Positions 48,876 through 59,042 of a DNA stretch of 64,000 nucleotides are shown here, in pieces. Positions within the stretch are counted from its first letter, which is position 1, and every line of letters begins with the position of its first letter. A program made the translations under genes and the position numbers. The DNA lies in contig CP084166.1 in the NCBI GenBank assembly GCA_021513695.1, forward strand, positions 512,001-576,000. Direction: 5' to 3'. The DNA comes from Candidatus Heimdallarchaeum aukensis (lineage in GTDB: Archaea; Asgardarchaeota; Heimdallarchaeia; Heimdallarchaeales; Heimdallarchaeaceae). The notes under the pieces are model-generated. The model did not search any database. It worked only from the letters and a program-made list of their open reading frames with translations, and was not told the DNA's origin.

Positions 48876-49651
48876 GGTAGTGTCTAGTTTTCTTCCGACA
48901 AAAATATTTGTGGGGACTCTAATAGTACGATATGAACATTCAAAAACTATCTACTCTTTTTAAGAGATGCAGAGTCCCCAAAAAGATAATAATAAAAGCT
49001 ATTTATGAATATATTGGTTCAAAGAATGGTTTGAGGACATAGCATTGAAGAATGGTTTAACACACCAAACATTATGGTATTGGGTAAAGAAGTTCAGGCT
49101 CTTTAGGGAAAGTTTACATAGAATTGTAGCAGAGAGAGGGGAATACCTGAGATTATAGTAGTAGATGAAACAGAGATTAAGACCTCTCAAGGCTCAATGT
49201 ATCTGTGGTTCGCATTAGATCCTTCCTTACAACAAGACTTTACTGGGTTTTAGTATTACTAAGGGACGGAGTAATCTTGAATGTTTACTAACTTTCCGTT
49301 ATTGGTTCTGGTTCAAATGTTGGTATGGGGTTTTAAGCCTCGTATTGTCGTTACAGATGCAGGGGTATGGTATCCTGTCTTACTTCGTCTCGGTATCAAA
49401 ATCTCCGTTATCAAAGGTGGTTTACGCTCCTATATTGAACTTTTTAATGCCACCCTTAAGAGTTATCGTTGGTTTCATTCTATTCTCCACTGCACTTGTC
49501 CTATCCGTGCTGTCTATGGCTCTACTCATCTTTCTGGTTTCCTTACTCTCTTTATGTTCTATTATAATTTTATTCGTCCTCATCAGAGTTTAGGACATCC
49601 TCCCCTTAGTTCCTTTTTACCTAGGAGGCGGTATAAAAACTAGACACTACC
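48876..49651 (+). mobile_element. IS6-family-like insertion sequence, decayed copy 2
   Basis: The same 16-bp TIRs lie at 48876..48891 and 49636..49651. A 9-bp direct repeat TTAAAAATC flanks the copy. The transposase is broken by several indels (only a 120-aa ORF remains at 49281..49643). Confidence 0.65.
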
Positions 49652-49712
49652 TTAAAAATCAACATTAATGCTTGTAAATAGAGAAAAAAAGAAAAAATAT
49701 GTAAGTCGTCAT

Positions 49713-50723
49713 TTATTGTTTCTTTCTTGCCATTAATTGTGTAGAAATACAAATAAAGAAAATAAGTAATATGTATATGTTTAGAAAAGAAGTTTTCGCA
49801 GTATCATCTCCATAATTGTTTATTCCTAAATAGTTTTCATTCTTCCATCCAGCTAAAGTCGCCCAAAACCACCAAGCAGAATAAGCTTTAAGATTAGCAT
49901 TTAAAGGTTGGGAATGAGCTGAAGCACAATTATACCATTCTATTCCTTCTTCATGTTTATTTTGCCATTCAATAGCCCAATTACCTGAATGTGTTCCATT
50001 ATTCCAACTACAATCATCACTTACATTTTTGTCTCCATAATAGTTTCCATCGGGATCATAAGATTCTATATCTGCAAAGTCATATAGTACTTTATTATTC
50101 TCTTTGCAGAATTCTCTTATTTGCTCGTTCCTTTGATGTAAGTTTCCTTCTAAACCTGTTCCATCAGTGTGACCAGTCATATAGACAAAAATCACGTCAG
50201 GAAACTCTTGTTCGAGAATACTCATAGGTGTTAGATAGTGGTTAACTAGTTCTTCTTCCGACATCCAGCTCAGTTGACCACACCAACTCCACATTATGAC
50301 ATTCACATCTTTATTGTTCATATCTTGTAAAAAGGCTCTTGTAGCATTAGACCATTGAGAATAACCTGCATCAGCTGCTTGACTTGGATCAGGAGCATAG
50401 CTTGCTATAGTATTATCTTCTAGAAAAGAGGAATTGTAAGAAAAGAGTCCTTGAGTTCCTCCATTTGCTTCCTTAAAGGAAGGCAAATCAGACATACCTG
50501 TAATAATTTGCGAACCGTGACTGGTGTGCTGATAAGCTATGTGCAATTTATTCTTTGCTTCAATAATTGCTTCATCTGGAATTTGGTTCAATCTAACTAG
50601 ATTAGCTATTGAATGATCAGCTATTATTTGTGCAGTGTTTGTACTGCCAGAAACAAAATTTCCAGTTCTAACAATAAATGGAAGCAAATTAATAAAGCAT
50701 GTCCAAAAATTCTTTTTCACCAA
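49713..50723 (-). CDS. Secreted hypothetical protein with C-terminal TM anchor; 5' end overlapped by IS5-like copy 2
   Basis: The C-terminus reads ILLIFFICISTQLMARKKQ. The first ~9 codons (MVKKNFWTC) are supplied by the IS terminal repeat. Confidence 0.4.
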   Translation of the reverse strand: MVKKNFWTCFINLLPFIVRTGNFVSGSTNTAQIIADHSIANLVRLNQIPDEAIIEAKNKLHIAYQHTSHGSQIITGMSDLPSFKEANGGTQGLFSYNSSFLEDNTIASYAPDPSQAADAGYSQWSNATRAFLQDMNNKDVNVIMWSWCGQLSWMSEEELVNHYLTPMSILEQEFPDVIFVYMTGHTDGTGLEGNLHQRNEQIREFCKENNKVLYDFADIESYDPDGNYYGDKNVSDDCSWNNGTHSGNWAIEWQNKHEEGIEWYNCASAHSQPLNANLKAYSAWWFWATLAGWKNENYLGINNYGDDTAKTSFLNIYILLIFFICISTQLMARKKQ

Positions 50724-51700
50724 CTATACAGTCCGAAGGAGTAAAAGGTAGTTGTAACAGAGGAGAGAACTATAAAGAGTAGAAAGAATGGTGGAGGGTA
50801 AGTGATCAAGGATTGGGGGAAGAGAGAGTTTGAGGAGACCAAAGACGTGTTCAATACTACTACGATACTCGGGGTGATGATTATGGCGATAGAGACCAGG
50901 GTAGAGACGATGAGCTTGAACTATTGATCCGAGAGGAGGAGAGGGATAACGAGCATTACTTTTTGGGGGAATAACAGGGAAAAAGGAATGTTGTCTAAGA
51001 AGACCGACGATATTTTCTGTCCAGTTGGCACAGTCTCCATAAAATCTCAAGAGCGGTCTCAAGAGTGCAGAAGGAAGTTTCTGCCATAGTAAACCGAAGA
51101 CTTTACTATCGTGAGTGTTACTAGCAGAATGAGCTAAAGAGATTATAGCTCTGGAGGGTAAACCAACTATAAGGTGTATCTTCCAGAAAAGTTTAGTTTG
51201 GAGGTTTTCTTTAGTCCTCCTCTTGCCCACTTGAGAAAACGCCAAACAGAAGCTTGACGGATTTTAAACCCTGAACTATCCACCGCCATAGCTTTCAACC
51301 CTTTTTTTTTCACTATTTCCCCACCTAAGTTTATTATCCACCGCTCTAAAATTTTACTTTCTGTCGCTCTCCACACTGCATGAAAAGTAGATTTGGAAGG
51401 AATCTTCTTCATCCACCCCTCTTCTATCAAAAAATCGCATAGAGACAACTTTTCCTCTAACTTCCTCCAAGCAATTCCTTCTATTCTAGCAATGATCGCT
51501 AAAGCCAGTATCACCCACCTTTCTGCTATTCTTTTTCTCCCTCTCTTACTTTCTCTCGGTTCCTCTTTCACCAGTTTCTTAAGGAAAGGTTCATTAATGA
51601 TTATGAATTCTCTTGCTTTGTGGAGGTCTATGATCTGAAAGAAACTCATACTTCCGACATAAACCCCCACATTAATAAAAATTAATTTTTGGACATGCTT
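50695..51700 (-). mobile_element. IS5-family-like insertion sequence, copy 2 (apparently intact, orfA/orfB)
   Basis: There are 17-bp terminal inverted repeats AAGCATGTCCAAAAATT (50695..50711) and AATTTTTGGACATGCTT (51684..51700). OrfA is 51167..51670 (-). OrfB is 50724..51245 (-) in the -1 frame, overlapping by 79 nt. Confidence 0.65.
50724..51670 (-). CDS. IS5-family transposase OrfA + OrfB (requires -1 frameshift for fusion)
   Basis: AVDSSGF lies in OrfA. YGDCANW and ..EHVFGLLK.. lie in OrfB. The frameshift position is conserved in copy 1. Confidence 0.6.
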
Positions 51701-51866
51701 GAATAATTAAAATAAAATTCAAGAAAAAATAAAATTTTTTTGAAAACATCCATTTCACTCCTAAATTAAATAATATTAACCAAGAAACTATTTTAGTATT
51801 TCTAGTAAAAATCTAGCTGATTGATAAGTATTTTTAGCAGAAATACTAAGCTTATCGGTGACTTAT

Positions 51867-52603
51867 TTGGTAAAAGTAACAGTTATTAACGGTAGCCCTC
51901 GAAAACAGAAGGGTTATACTGGTTTTTTTTATTCTCAAACCTTTTATTAACGGAATGAAAAAGGCAGGAGGAACAGTAAATGTTTATTATCCTTCAGAGA
52001 TGAAAATCAAACCTTGTATTGGCAATTTAGACTGTTGGGAAAGTGGAAATAAAGAATGTATTATAAACGATGAAATGCAAAAGATGTATACAATCTTAAG
52101 AGAAACAGATATTCTAGCATTAGCTTCACCAGTTTATATTCCTTTACCATCCAAGATGCAGATATTTTAACCGTTTATGCGCTCTTCTTAACCATGAAAC
52201 ATAATTCATAGAAGGTTGTACTAGAGTATCTTTTCGTGAAAATGTAAAAATTTCTAAAATATTGGGTCTAATAACTGGTGGTTGGTGGGAAATAGAAAAC
52301 CTTGATACGGTACTAACTATTTTTAAGGAATTTGCAAATATAGCAAGCGTTAAATTTGTTGGTGCAATCCTTCGTCCTCATACTTGGTTATTAAAAGAAA
52401 ATATACAGAAAAACAAAGAGATTTTGAATAAGATTGAATCTTTAGGTAAACAAGTGATTAAAAGTGGACAGATGGATAAAAGAGATTTAGATTTTGTTAG
52501 CCAACCTCTAACAACAGAGCCTGAATTAAGAAAAATGTTGAATAAAATACATTCTCAAATTTCTTCATTATTATTGAGAGAAAAAAGCAAAAGCAAAGAA
52601 TAG
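51867..52603 (+). pseudogene. Iron-sulfur flavoprotein-like / NADPH-dependent FMN reductase family gene, disrupted
   Basis: The N-terminus VKVTVINGSPRKQKGYTG (frame 3) breaks at a T8 run (51923..51930) into frame 1 (..FFILKPFINGMKKAGGTVNVYYPSEMKIKPCIGNLDCWESGNKECIINDEM..ASPVY). A second shift lies near 52168. An in-frame TAA lies at 52202..52204 before ..KILGLITGGWWEIENLD... Confidence 0.5.
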
Positions 52604-52632
52604 CAAAAAAAGAGGATTATAGAAGAGAGAAA

Positions 52633-53757
52633 CTAAATTATCAATACTCGTTTAAGATTTTGCTCAACTATTTTTTTGAGTAATTTTTCTGAAGTTTCAT
52701 CGAAATTTACAAATCCAGGGTCAATTTTTGAAGCCAGAACAGGATTTTCTTGTAATTCTCTTAAAAGCACATTTAATACAGTCTCTAAAGTTTTATCAAA
52801 TCTTTCTCCAAAAACATATGCTTGGAGAAATCCTGTGGCTGTCGTTCCTATAACTTTGTCTTTGTAAACGACAGTATTGAGTTCAGATTTTCTTTCCATT
52901 ATTTCTTCTAAAGCTTTGGTTACACCAGAGATTAAACCAGAGGTTAAATCTATAGAAACTTCTTTATTAATTTCTTCTTTATCAGAAGTAAAATCATTAT
53001 AATAAACAGGTAATCCACTATCAGTGGTAATCAACAATTGATTTATCTTAGCATTAGATATCATTATATTAAAAGGATCTATTAACAGGGTTATAGACCA
53101 AATAAACCATCCTGCAGCCATTAGAAAAGGTCGTATCGCTCTGAGTATATAACTACTAGAAAAAACTGCAAAAATAACCCAGATAATTATGATGATAAAT
53201 CCAACCACTTGCACAAATAACTGCTTTTTAATGTCTGGATCTTCTGTTCTAAAAAGCTTTGTTGAAATAGGAAGAATAAAAGAAACAATGAAAAAAAGTA
53301 ACATAGGAGCTGTAAGAGCAGGTATCCATATACTATACTTCGCAGTCCAAGCGCCAAGAGTTTCAGAATAACTCAATTCAGTAAAATCAGGTAAAATAAA
53401 AGCTAAAAATAATGCTCCGCCCAAAAAACTAACGATGTTAACAACGGGATGTAGACGATTTGTTTTGAAGTAGATAAAGGAGTAAAAAACGAGAATCATA
53501 CCAAGAATTAATAGACAGTTAAAAAATGACCAAATGGATGAAATTAAGTAAAAGTTATCAAAAATCACCAAGTTTTTAGTAAAAAAGGATGTTATGAACC
53601 GACCTACAGAATCAAATGCCCAAAAAACATAACTCATTCCCAGTAGAAAATGAGAAAGAAAATGTGTTTGTTTGTATGTCTTAAATAAAATAAAACTGCT
53701 TGTAATGAAAGTCAGTTGTTCAAACAAAAATAATCCTATCGAGTAATAAGAAATCAT
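52633..53757 (-). CDS. Polytopic membrane protein with C-terminal roadblock/LC7-like domain (paralog 4)
   Basis: Same architecture. The C-terminal domain reads LLITTDSGLPVYYNDF...TSGLISGVTKALEEIMERK...DKVIGTTATGFLQAYVFGE. Confidence 0.5.
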   Translation of the reverse strand: MISYYSIGLFLFEQLTFITSSFILFKTYKQTHFLSHFLLGMSYVFWAFDSVGRFITSFFTKNLVIFDNFYLISSIWSFFNCLLILGMILVFYSFIYFKTNRLHPVVNIVSFLGGALFLAFILPDFTELSYSETLGAWTAKYSIWIPALTAPMLLFFIVSFILPISTKLFRTEDPDIKKQLFVQVVGFIIIIIWVIFAVFSSSYILRAIRPFLMAAGWFIWSITLLIDPFNIMISNAKINQLLITTDSGLPVYYNDFTSDKEEINKEVSIDLTSGLISGVTKALEEIMERKSELNTVVYKDKVIGTTATGFLQAYVFGERFDKTLETVLNVLLRELQENPVLASKIDPGFVNFDETSEKLLKKIVEQNLKRVLII

Positions 53758-53948
53758 GTTTAAAAAAACGAGAACTAAAATTTAAATATGTCGAAGAACT
53801 TTTGAGTAATTCTGATAGAAAAGAAAGTTTTGCTTATTGAAATTATCTTGTTCTCTATCGTGTAAACATCAGCTTGAATAGCGTAGTAATTTTAACATGT
53901 TTTTGGTTTGGTCTCTTCAATCTCTTTCTTCTCCCATTATTATTTGTC

Positions 53949-54272
53949 TTACTTCCACTGTTTCTTGGGTCGGATTTTAAGAAGATTGAACCCCATCTGG
54001 TCTTCCTTTTGTTTATGAATACTTATCCAACTCTTATTTCTAGATGTAAGTTTCTTGATGTCTTCTTTCGTTTGTTCATTGATTACAGAAAAAAAGGAAA
54101 GAACAGCTTGGGTAAGATCTTGCTCCTTCTCATGAATTTTCAAATTAATAGTCATTATTTTTTTGCTAAGTTCAAATAACAAAACCTTCCCTTTTTTTAT
54201 GTCATAATAGTCATATACAATTGTTTTAATAGTTTTCAGATTATCAAAAGATGATTGAAGTGTTTGATACAT
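53949..54272 (-). CDS. Small protein immediately downstream of an MNT gene (possible HEPN-like partner, unverified)
   Basis: It lies 11 nt downstream of the nucleotidyltransferase gene on the same strand. Only a loose R-x7-H (SRNKSWISIH) is present. Confidence 0.2.
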   Translation of the reverse strand: MYQTLQSSFDNLKTIKTIVYDYYDIKKGKVLLFELSKKIMTINLKIHEKEQDLTQAVLSFFSVINEQTKEDIKKLTSRNKSWISIHKQKEDQMGFNLLKIRPKKQWK

Positions 54273-54283
54273 CCATGTTTTGC

Positions 54284-54640
54284 TTAGAGAAAAATTCGAT
54301 CGTAGATCTTCTCCGTACAGTAGTTTATTATGTTGGAAAAAATGATAAAAAAAGGTGCTGAAGTACTGTTAGAGAGAGTATGTATTTGTTCCATACTAAT
54401 AATTTTAATATCCAATTTATGCTGTAGAGAGAGATTACGAAACGAATCTTTAATATCAGTGTATATACGATCCTGAGAAGCTTTTTTCGAAATAACTAAC
54501 AGGTCAATATCGCTGGTTTCAGAAAAAGTTCCACTAGCATAGGATCCTCCCAGCAAAACGGAAACGATTTTTGAGCGAGAAGGAAGTTTTTCAATTTGAT
54601 TAGTAATTATTTTGATAAGTTCATCTTGTAGCTTTGCCAT
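54284..54640 (-). CDS. Minimal nucleotidyltransferase (MNT) domain protein
   Basis: LLGGSYASGTFSETSDIDLLV is a classic GS-x9-DxD nucleotidyltransferase motif. Confidence 0.55.
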   Translation of the reverse strand: MAKLQDELIKIITNQIEKLPSRSKIVSVLLGGSYASGTFSETSDIDLLVISKKASQDRIYTDIKDSFRNLSLQHKLDIKIISMEQIHTLSNSTSAPFFIIFSNIINYCTEKIYDRIFL

Positions 54641-54646
54641 AATCTT

Positions 54647-56077
54647 TCATCCTTTTTTGGAAAAAAGAAGATAATGTAGACACATCAGTTGTTCAACTAA
54701 TGATAGCGATCTAGTTAGAGAAGAGCAAAAAAGAACACTATATTGAAATTTAATATATGAACAATCCTTGTCTGGATTTATATATAGGGAGAATTTAGTG
54801 TTTGCTGTTTCATTTTCAAAGAGATCAGTTAAAAGTGTTCGATTGTAGTAAATCTTTGTATTTTGTCTATCAACAATCTCATTCTCATCCCACGGAGTAG
54901 CCATCCAACAGTAATGAAGGTATTCATCACCCAGTTTAATTACTGGAATATATTCATCAATATCTGGGGAGGAAGTTAGTTGACGTTCCACATAGCTCTT
55001 ACCATCATATAAACCCATGAAGAGATCATAATCATCAGAAGAGGTTAATTCTTTCTTTGTGTAAATAAAAATATACGAATTATCTTTGCAAGCAATCATA
55101 GATCTATCATAAAATCTTAATCTTTGGTCAAATTCTTTTATTACTTTTGTTTCAAAATAAGAAGCGTTGAATAATCGTGTTCTGAGTATTTTACCACTAT
55201 TAGAAAACAGACCAGGATCGTAGGAAAAAATATCACAATATTCATCTGTGAGGAACAAAGCAATTGGTAGATAATTATTTTCTGCTGTACCCAAAGAATA
55301 TAATTTCCAGCCTTCCACCTTCCATTTTACGGCAAGCAAGGGATAAGAAGAGTCGTAATCTAAATGATTTTCCCACAAAATAAAGACATTTTCACCTCTT
55401 TCCTTAAAATCGCCAGGATCATAGGTGGAATACGACCTTACTTCAGGGAATGTATTATTAAGAAAGAACCATGAATGATTTTTTTCTCGATAAATAGCGG
55501 GTATAGTGCCTTTTTCTTCAATATAACGATATAAATAGGCCATGGATAAGTTTCCTTCATCATTGTAGTACCAATTAAGTAATGATAACATAGTATCCAT
55601 ACGTAAATGAACGGGAAGTTCACGAAATGGCTCATATATTTCCCAAGCTCTTGTTCCTCTCAATTCCATAACTGAACTTCTGTAATCAAAAAATGAGTCA
55701 CGATAATAAAGATAGGTTATTGGTTTGTTTTGTACATTTAAAATAATGTTAACCTCAAGAAAGTCTAGAAATGTAGTTTTTATAATTGGAAAATAATCAA
55801 AATAAGATTCTTTTAGATTTAATTGGCCATAAACCGCACCAGGACAACTATTATTTGCACTTGTAATAACAAAGTGAATGTAACTATCATTTTCAACAAC
55901 AAAATCAGTGTAAGTTCCATTTGCAAATAAGTAATTAGGATACAGATAGGAATGTGTCTTTTTACCATCTGAATTATTGTTCGGTGGTTTAGGATAAAGA
56001 ATAACAATAAAAGAAATAGTTAGTCCTATAATGATTAAACTGGTTATAGCTATTCCAATTATTATTTTTTTCTTCAT
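54647..56077 (-). CDS. Secreted / membrane-anchored hypothetical protein
   Basis: An N-terminal signal anchor KIIIGIAITSLIIIGLTISFIVIL is seen. No catalytic motif was recognised. Confidence 0.35.
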   Translation of the reverse strand: MKKKIIIGIAITSLIIIGLTISFIVILYPKPPNNNSDGKKTHSYLYPNYLFANGTYTDFVVENDSYIHFVITSANNSCPGAVYGQLNLKESYFDYFPIIKTTFLDFLEVNIILNVQNKPITYLYYRDSFFDYRSSVMELRGTRAWEIYEPFRELPVHLRMDTMLSLLNWYYNDEGNLSMAYLYRYIEEKGTIPAIYREKNHSWFFLNNTFPEVRSYSTYDPGDFKERGENVFILWENHLDYDSSYPLLAVKWKVEGWKLYSLGTAENNYLPIALFLTDEYCDIFSYDPGLFSNSGKILRTRLFNASYFETKVIKEFDQRLRFYDRSMIACKDNSYIFIYTKKELTSSDDYDLFMGLYDGKSYVERQLTSSPDIDEYIPVIKLGDEYLHYCWMATPWDENEIVDRQNTKIYYNRTLLTDLFENETANTKFSLYINPDKDCSYIKFQYSVLFCSSLTRSLSLVEQLMCLHYLLFSKKG

Positions 56078-56221
56078 CCTTTTTCACCTTTTTTACGATA
56101 AATTACATAAGTACTCTATTAAGTCTTCGACATCTATACATCCGTACCCTACTCTATAGGAATAATAAGTAGAATAAGTGCCTAGGTTATTTATTGGTTC
56201 TCCAACTTTATCCCAGTGTAG

Positions 56222-56557
56222 TTAATAATAGGAACCGATATTTCTACCACTAGGATCATTCTCGCATGAATAATCAAGACATGCTCCGAAATCTTGATAC
56301 GTTAAAGGATGAGCAGGATCAAGATGATAGTGCATACGTGAAGCTAAATAAGCAGTTACAGCTACTTGAGGTGCAGACATGCTGGTTCCAGTAGCAATAA
56401 TATTTTCCACCACTCCATCATTATCCAAATCGCTCTTCATTTCCACTTTAAATGATGGAGATACACAATCAACAGTCGCTTCACTCAACCCATGATCTTG
56501 CCAAAACAGACTACCAACATACGCACCATCAGTGTTTGGAGAATAGGTGAAAGACAT
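56222..56557 (-). pseudogene. Subtilisin-like (peptidase S8) C-terminal fragment
   Basis: GTSMSAPQVAVTAYL is the S8 catalytic-Ser motif. No upstream Asp/His regions are present. The reading frame is cut at 56557. Confidence 0.55.
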
Positions 56558-56562
56558 TCTAC

Positions 56563-57276
56563 ATGTTTCATGACTTTCAAGTTCAAGATGGTATTAACCT
56601 TTACAATTCCAATGGTTTTATTATAAAAAATAATACCATTTCCTATGGCGGGTATGGACTATTTGTATCTGAATCTTCACACGGGGTATATACTAATAAT
56701 ACTTGTATAGAAAATAGCAAATATGGTGTTTATATAAAATATGGATACAACATTTCTATCAATGAAAACAACTGCAGCGCTAATGATCAAGGTATAAATC
56801 TTTACAACTCTTCTACAATTTATATCCACAATAATAGCATAAGTAAAAACACTATTGGACTGACTTTTGATCTCTCTAATCATTCAATCATCACTTTTAA
56901 TTCATTTGAGAAGAATGAACAATATGCAATAATTATGGATTCTTCATCTTCTTCTAATCTCATCCATCATAATACGTTTATTGACAACAACTTGCAAGGA
57001 ACATCTCAAGCTTGTGATAATGGTCATAATAATACTTGGTATGACCAATCAACAAAAACTGGTAATTATTGGTCTGATAGAAAAGGGATAGGAAAATATT
57101 ACATAGATGGTAATAGTAAATCGTATGATAAATACCCCCTAAAAAATCTCCCTCAACAATGTGCTGAAAAAACTTCTATTGATTTTCTCATCATTCTGAT
57201 CTCTTTTCTCTCTACAGTTATTTTGTCTTATGTCATAAGAAACAAGTATGCATTCAGACAATTACGATTTAGATAG
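56563..57276 (+). CDS. Truncated beta-helix paralog (PbH1 repeats + TM, no signal peptide)
   Basis: NNTISYGGYGLFVSESSHGVYTNNTCIENSKYGVYI..., TGNYWSDRKGIGKYYIDGNSKSYDKYPL and a C-terminal TM helix are seen. It is homologous to the ectodomains of the 37636/40618 family but starts abruptly at 56563. Confidence 0.4.
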   Translation: MFHDFQVQDGINLYNSNGFIIKNNTISYGGYGLFVSESSHGVYTNNTCIENSKYGVYIKYGYNISINENNCSANDQGINLYNSSTIYIHNNSISKNTIGLTFDLSNHSIITFNSFEKNEQYAIIMDSSSSSNLIHHNTFIDNNLQGTSQACDNGHNNTWYDQSTKTGNYWSDRKGIGKYYIDGNSKSYDKYPLKNLPQQCAEKTSIDFLIILISFLSTVILSYVIRNKYAFRQLRFR

Positions 57277-57279
57277 GTT

Positions 57280-57560
57280 TTATCCATCAGCTAATCCAAT
57301 CACTTCTCCTCTCTTAGTGAGATAAACATCAATTTCCGCTGCTTTTTTTGCTATAACATAGTCAATAGGTAGTATATCAAATCTAGATAAGTCCTGCTCA
57401 GCTTCCTCAAGTTTATTTGAAAATATAGCTGGCTTGTTACTATAAAGATAGTATATACCGCGTAAATATTCTTGGGCAGTAATCACAGATATGGCTTTAT
57501 AGCTTGGCCCCCTATCAATTTGCTTTGCTTTTTCTAAAGCATTTGGAACAGAGTTTGATA
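57280..57560 (-). pseudogene. PIN-domain (VapC-like) remnant
   Basis: The PIN C-terminal pattern ..DILPIDYVIAKKAAEIDVYLTKRGEVIGLADG* is seen. There is no start codon until MITAQ, and no N-terminal acidic motif. The 3' end is cut by the gene ending at 57276. Confidence 0.3.
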
Positions 57561-57567
57561 CATATAT

Positions 57568-57840
57568 ATGATTAAGAATATGATTAAGATGGCGAAGAAT
57601 ATAGCAGTCTCTGATGAACTCTACAAATTGCTGAAACGGTTAAAACGTCCTGGTGAAAGTTTTACTGATGTGATTTTAAGATCAATAAAACATTCAACCT
57701 CTATAATGGATATTGCAGGTAAAAAAACAATACCCCTAGAAGAGTGGGAAAAACTCAAAAAATTATTTGAAGCGAAAGAAATAGAGGATTACAAGTGTAA
57801 AAGAGATTTGCTTGAGAAGGCTAATAATGTATCTTATTGA
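57568..57840 (+). CDS. Small antitoxin-like protein (VapB-type pattern), orphan
   Basis: MAKNIAVSDELYKLLKRLKRPGESFTDVILRSI resembles archaeal ribbon/antitoxin N-termini. It is divergent from the PIN remnant. Confidence 0.3.
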   Translation: MIKNMIKMAKNIAVSDELYKLLKRLKRPGESFTDVILRSIKHSTSIMDIAGKKTIPLEEWEKLKKLFEAKEIEDYKCKRDLLEKANNVSY

Positions 57841-57916
57841 CACAGATTTTATAATATATATTCATATGTATTATTAAAAATTTCCTAATCACATGCTCCA
57901 AAAAAAATAAAGAATG

Positions 57917-58981
57917 TTAATTATCATAGAATCGTAAATAGAAATAACTGCTAGGATCACCATCTTCAAGTACAGGAACAGAAGTGTAGGCATCAACATA
58001 ATCTTTTATTGTGTCAAAAACATTTTCTAAGTCAAGGTCAAAATTTATCCATTCACAACTGGAGCTATCCCAGTATTGTTTTATAAAATAACCTGTAAGA
58101 GCTCCATGGTAGTTGCTTCCATCCGGCATATAATTAAAGAATTTAGCTTGAGTAGTTTCATTGTATCTACACGCTGCAATCATAAGTACATTCTCTGAGG
58201 CTTGAATAGACATTATTTCATTCATTCCTCCAGAAAAGCATGAATCAATAAAAACAAGTAATTTTGATTCATAAGTCGTAGTTGAATCAGAACAAGCAAA
58301 TTTATCAAAAAGTATCTTTAAATTATAGTCATAAAGAAATTCATCTATTCCATAAGCTTGAACACTATGCTCTTCTTCATTATAACTATATCCATGCCCC
58401 GAGTAAATAAAGAATATTAAGTCATTTGGATCAGAATTTTCAACAACATTAGCTGTAACATCGTAAATATTTTGTAGTGTTGCTTGATGATAATCAAAGT
58501 TAAAGATACCACCTCCAGGACCTGATGTGTCAGGTAAATCAAAAAGACTTTCTCGATTTACAGATTCTTCGTGGCCAAGTAGGTGAACATTCATAGAAAA
58601 AGAAACAATATCATAAGTTTCTGGTTGTTGATCAAATAATTCAAAAAGAGCTGAAGCCCACATACACCATAAAATTGCATCTTCCCACGCACCAGCACAA
58701 TATTGTCCAGTTTGATCTTGACCAATACCGATAATAATAAACTCTGCCTTAATTTTATTGTCAGTGCCACTAGGATAGTCTATTACTGGAATAGTTGGTC
58801 CATTAACTCCTCCCCCATCACCGGTACCAGGATCAAGTTCAAAACCTTTTGTCAATAAGACTTCTTGAAAGAGTGTATTATTTATACTAGAACATAGTAA
58901 TGTCGATAAAATAAATAACGTAATAAAAATATTTTTATTAATTTTATTCACAGACCTATTAAAAAAATAACAACATCCCAT
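57917..58981 (-). CDS. Caspase-like cysteine peptidase (clan CD, His-Gly...Cys dyad), secreted
   Basis: IFFIYSGHGYSY (catalytic His context) and VFIDSCFSGGM (catalytic Cys context; compare legumain/metacaspase D[AS]C.SG) are seen, with an N-terminal signal anchor. Confidence 0.55.
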   Translation of the reverse strand: MGCCYFFNRSVNKINKNIFITLFILSTLLCSSINNTLFQEVLLTKGFELDPGTGDGGGVNGPTIPVIDYPSGTDNKIKAEFIIIGIGQDQTGQYCAGAWEDAILWCMWASALFELFDQQPETYDIVSFSMNVHLLGHEESVNRESLFDLPDTSGPGGGIFNFDYHQATLQNIYDVTANVVENSDPNDLIFFIYSGHGYSYNEEEHSVQAYGIDEFLYDYNLKILFDKFACSDSTTTYESKLLVFIDSCFSGGMNEIMSIQASENVLMIAACRYNETTQAKFFNYMPDGSNYHGALTGYFIKQYWDSSSCEWINFDLDLENVFDTIKDYVDAYTSVPVLEDGDPSSYFYLRFYDN

Positions 58982-59042
58982 ATTTAAATATTTCGGATAA
59001 TAGGAAACAATATTTATTAATGTCTATAAAGCACATACCATA

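Noticed and set aside
53874-54179. Plus-strand ORF 53874..54179 (101 aa, hydrophobic)
   Set aside because: It overlaps the better-supported minus-strand small gene downstream of the MNT gene. Its composition is poly-Leu/Phe from T-rich DNA.
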